A stretch of 64,000 nucleotides of DNA from the human T2T-CHM13v2.0 reference genome, Homo sapiens: NCBI RefSeq assembly GCF_009914755.1, contig NC_060928.1. The stretch is one strand, 5' to 3'. Numbering within the stretch: the stretch's first letter is position 1; every line of letters starts with the position of its first letter. This document shows positions 54,877 through 64,000 of the stretch, piece after piece. The notes below the pieces were generated by a model. It was not told the origin of the DNA, did not search any database, and saw only the letters and a list, made by a program, of their open reading frames with translations. Made by a program: the position numbers and the translations under genes.

Positions 54877-55154
54877 TTTTCTTTTTCTTTTTCTTTCTTT
54901 TCTTTTCTCTTCTTTCTTTTTTTTTTTTTTGAGATGGAGACTCGCTCTATCACTCAGGCTGGAATGCAGCGGTGCGTGCCATCTCGGATCACTGCAGCCT
55001 CCATCTCCCAGGTTCAAGCGATTCTCCTGCCTCAGGCTCCCGAGTAGCTGAGATTACAGGCACCCACCACCATGTCCCCCTAATTTTTGTATTTTTAGTA
55101 GATACAGGGTTTCATCCTGTTGGTCAGGCTGGTCTCGAACTCCTGACCTCAAGT
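54877..55154 (-). mobile_element. AluS, antisense, 5'-truncated
   Basis: (CTTT)-rich tail; the Alu body stops at ctcctgacctcaagt. Confidence 0.93.
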
Positions 55155-55339
55155 TGTCACCTGCCTTTTCAAATCCAGAGAAACAGAGTTCCTGAGATTC
55201 CTCTGGACTGGTGATGTTGCCAGGAGGTGAGCAGATGCACTGGCTTCTCTGATACAGTCAGGCAAGGCAGGTAGGCAGGTTTGACATAAATCCCGGGTCA
55301 AGAATGGCCATCAAGGTGACTTATTCTACACCAGGGTCC

Positions 55340-55553
55340 TAGGGTTTCTCCATCTTATTACTATCAACATTTTTTGCTAAGTAACTCTCTGTTGTGGGGG
55401 CTGTCCTGTGAGTTCTGGAATATTTAACAGAATCTCTGACCTCTACCCACTGGTTTTCAGTAGCACAGTCTCAGTTGGGACAACCAATAATGTCTCCAGA
55501 CATTGCCAATGTTCTTTGGAGAGCAAAAAATCACCTCCAGTTGAGAACCACTT
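55340..55553 (-). mobile_element. MER20 (hAT-Charlie)
   Basis: tgttgtgggggctgtcctgtg...gacaaccaataatgtctccagacattgcc...ccagttgagaaccact. Confidence 0.88.
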
Positions 55554-56822
55554 GTCTAAATCTATGTAAGGAATCATGAGAGCATAGGAGACAGGGCAGT
55601 AAACTTTATTGGGATATATCAGGAAAGGCTTCACACAGGAAGTAATAATTTTCTGGGCAATCCAAACACTTGGGGAAAGAATTCACAGTGAGGAAATATT
55701 AAAAGAAACTTGATGTTGCTGTTTATTAAGCTAATTGAGTCATTAGGTGGGACCGTTTCTAAATGAGTGGGTATATAAATTAAGGACCCTTATGTTTGTT
55801 TAGATTTGTAGGATGTTGACATGATCAAAAAACACTCATTGTTACCGCTTTGTATATAGAATGAAGAAATCCTATATCTTCCTTAAATTACCGCTTTTCG
55901 TGACCCTGAAGTATACAACTATTGAAAAAAAAGACACAATCAATTCATATGAAAATGTCATAAGAGTGGAATTTTTTTCACAGATTTGTGACTGCAAACA
56001 GATGGTGAAAAATCATGAGAACGAGTCTGTTCATTGTTGAAACTATCTATTCCAAAAGATAGTCCTCATCAAAGTTAGACTCTAAGTCACAGTTTTAGAA
56101 AATATTTGAGCTGGTTTAATGCTACCCTTTTCATCTTCATTCTTAGTTTCCTCTTAATGTGTCAGTGCATTTTTATGTCTAGGGTATTGCATACCAAAGT
56201 TGACATTAAATTCAAAACATTGCTTATATAAACTCAAAATTGAGATAATTACAAACAACCGCATAATTGACTGTTCAGCTATTTTTCATTCAGCATCTTG
56301 GCCTCAAGTAAATATAGCGCAAATATGACGTTAAAACAGATTGTGCCTTTTCAAACTTCTCATACTACATAGCAGAGCCTGTACAATGGACTAATCTCAC
56401 TATTTACAATGCTTTAATTCTTACGTTCAATTCTTGTTCAGTTTTCAACATCTATTGTCTTTATGATGTAATAACCTCCTAACTGAGATAGATTAGAATT
56501 ATTTTGTCCTCAGGAATGCATAGAGTTGCTAGGAGCGGTGACATAGTGAAAGTTTGGGACTCCCTTATGTGACTCAGTGCACTGACTCAGTGTATCTTTA
56601 CTCCCCTAGGATGGTCCTCTAGATGATCTTCACCTTGATAACTAGATTGACATAATCAGATGGGAATGATAATCATGAACTGAACCCACTGTGGGAAAAG
56701 TCACTTAGTTCAAGCTGATAATGCAAAGGCATTCTTCATATCATTTGGTTTTCTCCTTTCCCATAAAAAGATAGAGAGAATGATCATTTTGGAGTAGTCT
56801 GCCAACAGTGTTCTGATCTTTA

Positions 56823-58185
56823 AGTAAATTTTAGGTAATTAGAGATACACTAACATATTGGATTATTATAAATGTGATGCCTTTAATCATAAGAATACTA
56901 TTTGACAGTATTTACTTTTGAGGTTTTCCAAAAGTATGTTCTCCTGAAGGTTCTTCAATAGTAGTATCAATTTGGGACCAACAGTGTGTTGTAGAATCAC
57001 TAATAAAGTGAATTTTTCCATTATGCCTTTGAGAGAGTACCATCTAAAAAAATCACACCATAGGACTTCACTTCTGGGAAGTAGACATACTTTTTCCAAT
57101 TTCTTCCTCTAAGAACAACTAAAAGCTAATTATATACACAAAACAAATTCTGAAAAGTGGAGAAAAGAAGGATGATGGCTAGGAACCTCAGAACCCAAAG
57201 AATAAAACAACAGTGTGTCCCCTGGGTTTTCTTTCACCTCATATATCCCAGACTTGGAGATGAAGAAGCAGCAACCCAGACTGGCCAACAGGTAAAGACA
57301 ACAGAAACCTCAGCAAAGTTTGCTGTCTCTAGCTAAACTCATTAAGACTGTGTGGTATTGGTAAAGGGATAACAGATAAATCAATGGAACAGACTAGCTA
57401 AAGGACCAGAAAAAGGGCAGCCTAGTAAGAACACTTTTAGACAATAACTCCTCTGCTCTAGCAGAATACCGTGGAAAAAACTGTGGCCCTACTCCCGCCC
57501 ATGACAATAAAGACCGAATGGATAGCCTAGACTGCCATTCTCACCACTGTTATGAGGTGCCCCAACCCACCTGGCAGTGTGAGATCAGAGAAGCCTGGGT
57601 AGGGAGCTGGAACTTTCATCCCTGCTAAGTGGCCATGAAGCATCCCTCTGAGGTAGTGTCAGTGGAGACCTTGTGAAGATACAGGACTTCCCCATCTGTC
57701 AGTAACGGGGCATCTCTCCCCATCCCTCTCCCCTGCTGTGGTTATGAAAGTGGAGGCCTAGTGTGAGACTTTCAGCAAAGCCCAGAGGAGGTGAGACGCC
57801 ACCTCATGGTGTCAATGGTGAACAAATAGAGAGACTAAAGAAGAAATTTCTACCCCTCCCAGCCAAGGTAGCATCAGAGGAGAGCCAGAGGGAAGACAGA
57901 ACCTCACTTCTAGCCAGGATTACCAAGTAGCCCCTCCACTTTGGGTGTCAACAGAAGTCAGCTGGGGTACCTGGATTTCTACCCCTGCCCATTTGTAACA
58001 AACTGGCACCCCTCATTTCCCCGGCTGAAGAGGTATTAGAGGACACCAGCTAAAATAAGTTTAAATAAGATCAAAAGTCTTCTACCATCATACCCTAAAT
58101 CTTAGTAAATTTTAGGTAATTAGAGATACACTAACATATGGCATTATTATAAATATGATGCCTTTAATCATAAGAATACTATTTG
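56823..58185. repeat. 82-bp dispersed direct repeat (56823-56904 / 58104-58185), 79/82 identical
   Basis: agtaaattttaggtaattagagatacactaacatat...gatgcctttaatcataagaatactatttg occurs twice. Confidence 0.95.
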
Positions 58186-59305
58186 GTTTTAATTAACATT
58201 ACTTGTCATACCAAGATACAGTAAAAACACAATTTGAATAAAAAATGTCAACCTATAGACACCAACACTGAGATGACAGACATGTTTGAATTCTCTGACA
58301 AGGATTTTAAAGCAGATGCCATAAACATATTTCAGTGTGTAATTATGAAGACACTTTAAGTAAATTAAAAAATAGAAATTCTCATCAAATACTTTCTATT
58401 CTTTTTTTTTTGATAAGTCTTTCTATTTGTTCTGGAAATAAATAGAAGAGATGAAGAAGAACCGAATGGACATTTTAGAACTTAATAATACAAAAAGTGA
58501 AATCTCAACAGAAGTTAGAATGAAGCAGCTACCCAATCCGGAAAGCAGAAAACAGACTGGGAAAGAAATAAAGAGCCTAAAGGATCTGAGGGATTATAGC
58601 AAAAGATCTACCATTGGTGTCATTGGAGTCCTGGAGGGGTAGGAGAAAGACAGCAGGGAACTGAAAAAGTACTTGAAGAAATAATGGCTAAAACATTTTA
58701 AATACATCAAAATACACAAATAATATAATGAGTGGAATTACTCTACCCAATTTCATGACATAGTATGTTGTTATAATCATCAAGACTGTGTGGTATTGGT
58801 AAAGGGATAACAGATAAATCAATGGAACAGACTAGAGAACCCAGAAATATATCCAAACAACTATGCTCAATTAATTTCTGACAAAGGCACAAAAGCAATT
58901 TGTTGAAGGAAAGATAGAGTTTTAAACAAGTGGCTCTGGGTCAGTTGGCTATTCATCAGCAAAAAATTGAATCTCTATCTAACCGTCATACTATATATAA
59001 AAATTAATTCAACATGGGTCAAAGACTTAAAAGTAAAATATAAAATTATGAGATGTAGGACTAGGCAAAGAATTCTTAAATTCAACACCAGAAGGACAAT
59101 CCCTAAAAAAGTTGATAAATTGTACTTCATTGAAAATGCACTGTGAGAGGATTAAAGAGGATTGAAAGGTGAGGATTGAAACACAAGCTACAGACTGGAA
59201 GAAAATATTTGCAAACCATATATCTGACAAAGGACTAGTACCTAGAATATATAAAGGATTCTCAACACTCAACAGCAAAAAAACGCAAACAAGCAAACAA
59301 TTCCA
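57062..59305 (+). mobile_element. Old L1M element: 5'UTR and partial ORF1 joined to late ORF2 (internal deletion near 58725)
   Basis: ORF1-like MDILELNNTKSEI..SLKDLRDYSKRSTIGVIGV (58451-58642), then ORF2-like GITLPNF..IIKTVWYW (from ~58733) through gaaaatatttgcaaaccatatatctgacaaagg. Confidence 0.85.
57339..58835. repeat. 59-bp dispersed direct repeat (57339-57397 / 58777-58835), 58/59 identical
   Basis: tcat(t/c)aagactgtgtggtattggtaaagggataacagataaatcaatggaacagactag occurs twice. Confidence 0.95.
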
Positions 59306-61964
59306 TAGTTACAAAACAATGAGTATTGGGTGAAAGCCACACAAAAGGAACAGAACAAAATAGTGTCTTCCGTGTTTGGTAAATCCATTGGGACTTAAAA
59401 CTGAATTTCTTCCTGAATCATCAGTGTGTTTCCAAAGTTTATTTGAAGTTTTTCCTTTTAGATCACCATGTATGAAATTTAATTTTATGTCTTCTCAACC
59501 TATTATGGAATATCTGACATGTGATGACACATTATTTTCTTAAGAGTTAAGACAAGAGTTCCTCAGGGATGCTTGCATGTATCAACCTCAGAAAGTCATT
59601 TAGTATTGTGTAGTTTTAAGGTAATCACAGATAAAATGATTGTTTTACATTCGTATGTCTACGAAATCCTTGTGTTAATCAGGGATATTGGTTACTAAAT
59701 ATATTATAGAAGAAAATACTTGGTTTCTTAAATAAGATTTTTTTTTTTTTTTTTTTACAGAATAAGAACTCATTCTAGAAATGAGTTGGATTTTTTTTGG
59801 CAAAAATTTATTACTAAATGATTTCTCCATTTTTTAAATCACTGACATTTTTATTTCCTGATGAAAATGAATTGTACAGGTCTGTCAAATATGCTGACCA
59901 AACTTCAGGCAAGTTGAGAACTTGACATTTTTTGCCACCTATTTTGCCCAAATTGAATTGGATATTCCTTTATGCTCTTTAAAAACCTCAGTGTGAACCA
60001 GTGTAAAATCTACCTATCATCTCACTGATTATATATTTTCTTGGGCTCTTTAAAAATTATATAAGGAAATTTCACAGAGCAAACAACATAAAGTTTGTCT
60101 GGTGGAACAGCTAAAATCACACTGCTTCTTTTATTACATTATTCTTTATCCTGGAACTTTATGTGGGGTCATTTACTAGCACACACTTTCCCTCTTTACA
60201 CTTAAAAATGTTAGACTCCTTTCAATTCCAGCTTTATTAGACATATGGACTTATATAGAAATACGCACAAAATGTGTCCAAAACATTTCCAAAATGTTAC
60301 TTCTCTATACCCTACTTACATACTGAAAGTGTTATGCTCTTGTACATTCATGGAATATCCATGTTATATAGCAGAGGAATCCATTTGTTAAAATTGACAT
60401 GGCGTTAGGGAAAGTCTTATAACCTAGAAAAAAATCTCAAAAATGGTATCTTTATTTTAGATCTGTTTACTATTCGTTTAAAAGAATGACAGAAACATGA
60501 ACTGCTGCCTTGGCACACATGAAGGACTAATTAGTATCTCTTACTTTTACCCAAATGCCTGAGGCCACACAATATCCTGGAAAGAAAACAGAAAATTATT
60601 AGGGAGCGTATGTTTTAGTTATGCCTCTCCCACTTGCCTGAGACTGTTCGTGATTAAGTAAACCTTTGTGTTTCAATTTCCCTATCTTGTAAAGTCCTGA
60701 TAATATATGCTCTGCTAATTTCCTACAGATTTAATATAAATCTGTGTTTTTTACATAGTTGGCATTATTCCGAGTACTTTACATGCACGGAGGAATAAAA
60801 TTATAATGACTTACTGTGCTTTGCATTTCCAACATTTCTAGCTCCCTCTGTCTTTTCCCCACCCACTTCTCAAATTTAGGGACTTCTCAAGACGTTTTAT
60901 ACTTACTGCCCTCGGGGTAGAGTTCTTACAGTAGTAATACAAGGAATCTACTGAGCATACTTGTTGCTGTTGTTTTAAAGTAGACTTTTGAGCCTCAAAG
61001 TCAAGTCCATGTCATTGAGACAAAATTTTTTTGAGTTTTCACATGTATCTATTGAATAGCAAGAGCCAAGCTTCCCTGTCTAAACAATAAACAGAGAATA
61101 TATAGTAAGAGCTAGGCTTTTTCCTCCCCAGCCACCTAGATTGTATTTAAAATTCCACAGGTTGGGAAGAAGACGAGAAATTACAGAGGGAAGAGTACAG
61201 TGAGGTTCTCTGTACAGGGACATTGGATGGCCCTGGCCCCATCTCCAGAGAGCCATTGGTTGGATTAGGCTTTAGCTGAGATAATCTAAACAGAGCTGTG
61301 CACTCCGCTTTCTCGGAAAAGTGAACAAGCAGGGTGCGGGCTCTTCCTGATGTGTGCCAGCCGGTGGTAGCAGCAGAAGTGTAGAGATGCCGGCATGACT
61401 TGCTGAGGCAGAAAAGGCTTGAGGAAATTTACTGAGTCTCTGCAGTCTTGAACATCATCTGTGTTTCTTACAAGCCCACAAGACTAGGGATAGCCAAAAA
61501 TGAAACTGTATATCTGAGTTCCTTGAGAGTCAGGTCAAGGAAAATAGAGATTGTGTTGACTAGCAATTGGAGAATTCCAGAAAAGCAGACATCTAAGCAA
61601 ATGACAGTGTGGTTGGCTGACCTCATCCAAGGACCAGAAAGTGCAGAAATTCACACAGGGCAATATGGAACAGATGCTGATATCCAGGAGCAGGTGTTCT
61701 CTCTCAGCACCACAATGTGTAAATTCCTCATGGCTAAGATGCTACTTGGTTAAATTTAAAGTCTGAAATGACAAAATTTTTCCGTAGTTAGCCAACATTA
61801 TTTTTTTCATCAGATATATATTACCTAAAAAGAGAGATAAAATCACATTATAGACAAAAATCACATTATTTATTAAAAATGTTAAAAAAAATTTTTTACA
61901 TATAAAAAAGTTAAAAAAAGTTTTTTGCATTACTGAATAAATGGGATGAAATTCATGCCAATCT

Positions 61965-62145
61965 CACACACATGATTTTAATACCCACAATAGTTATGTG
62001 AAGAAATGATTATTATTATTGTTCTCCTTTTTACATAGGGAATTGTAGGCTTTGGATAAGAAACTTGCCCAGGTTCACACAGATGATATAGGGCAAAACT
62101 GGGAACCAAACAAAGTATGCCTGGTTGGGGAGACCTAATTCTTAA
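61965..62145 (-). mobile_element. MIR
   Basis: ttattattgttctcctttttacatagggaattgtaggc...aacttgcccaggttcacacag. Confidence 0.7.
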
Positions 62146-62234
62146 TCAAAAGAAATAATGAATGTGGTAAAATTTGCAAATAATGTGCTACAATAGAAGT
62201 TCATGTTACATACTTATTACAAAATTATTTTTGT

Positions 62235-63993
<1,759 letters not shown>

Positions 63994-64000
63994 TTATAAA

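Noticed and set aside
59738-59790. Poly-T followed by acag, resembling a strong splice acceptor (others at ~814, ~2777, ~26846, ~43373)
   Set aside because: No matching donor or reading frame that I can support, and such motifs are frequent in AT-rich DNA.

Overview
AT-rich, repeat-dense primate (human-like) non-coding DNA, either intergenic or deep intronic. I see no intact protein-coding gene, rRNA, tRNA or CRISPR array, and nearly all ORFs in the track are repeat or low-complexity artefacts. Recognisable content includes many Alu, L1, L2 and MIR copies, MaLR LTRs (THE1, MLT1), DNA transposons (Tigger2-type, MER20, MADE1) and a very decayed ERVL-type provirus (~6.9-12.1 kb). There is also a solo LTR12C (ERV9) with a 4-bp TSD next to an LTR9-like LTR, and an intronless, Alu-interrupted MIA2/cTAGE5-like retro-pseudogene on the minus strand (~46.4-48.4 kb). 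The signal least explained by repeat annotation is a set of near-perfect 54-82 bp local copies (one inverted, two direct) pasted 0.9-1.4 kb from their templates inside much older repeats, plus a 95-bp tandem duplication with a junction hairpin; these look like template-switch or end-joining scars. I found no support for a new multi-gene system. Repeat family and subfamily names come from recalled consensus sequences, not a database search, and boundaries of old elements are approximate.
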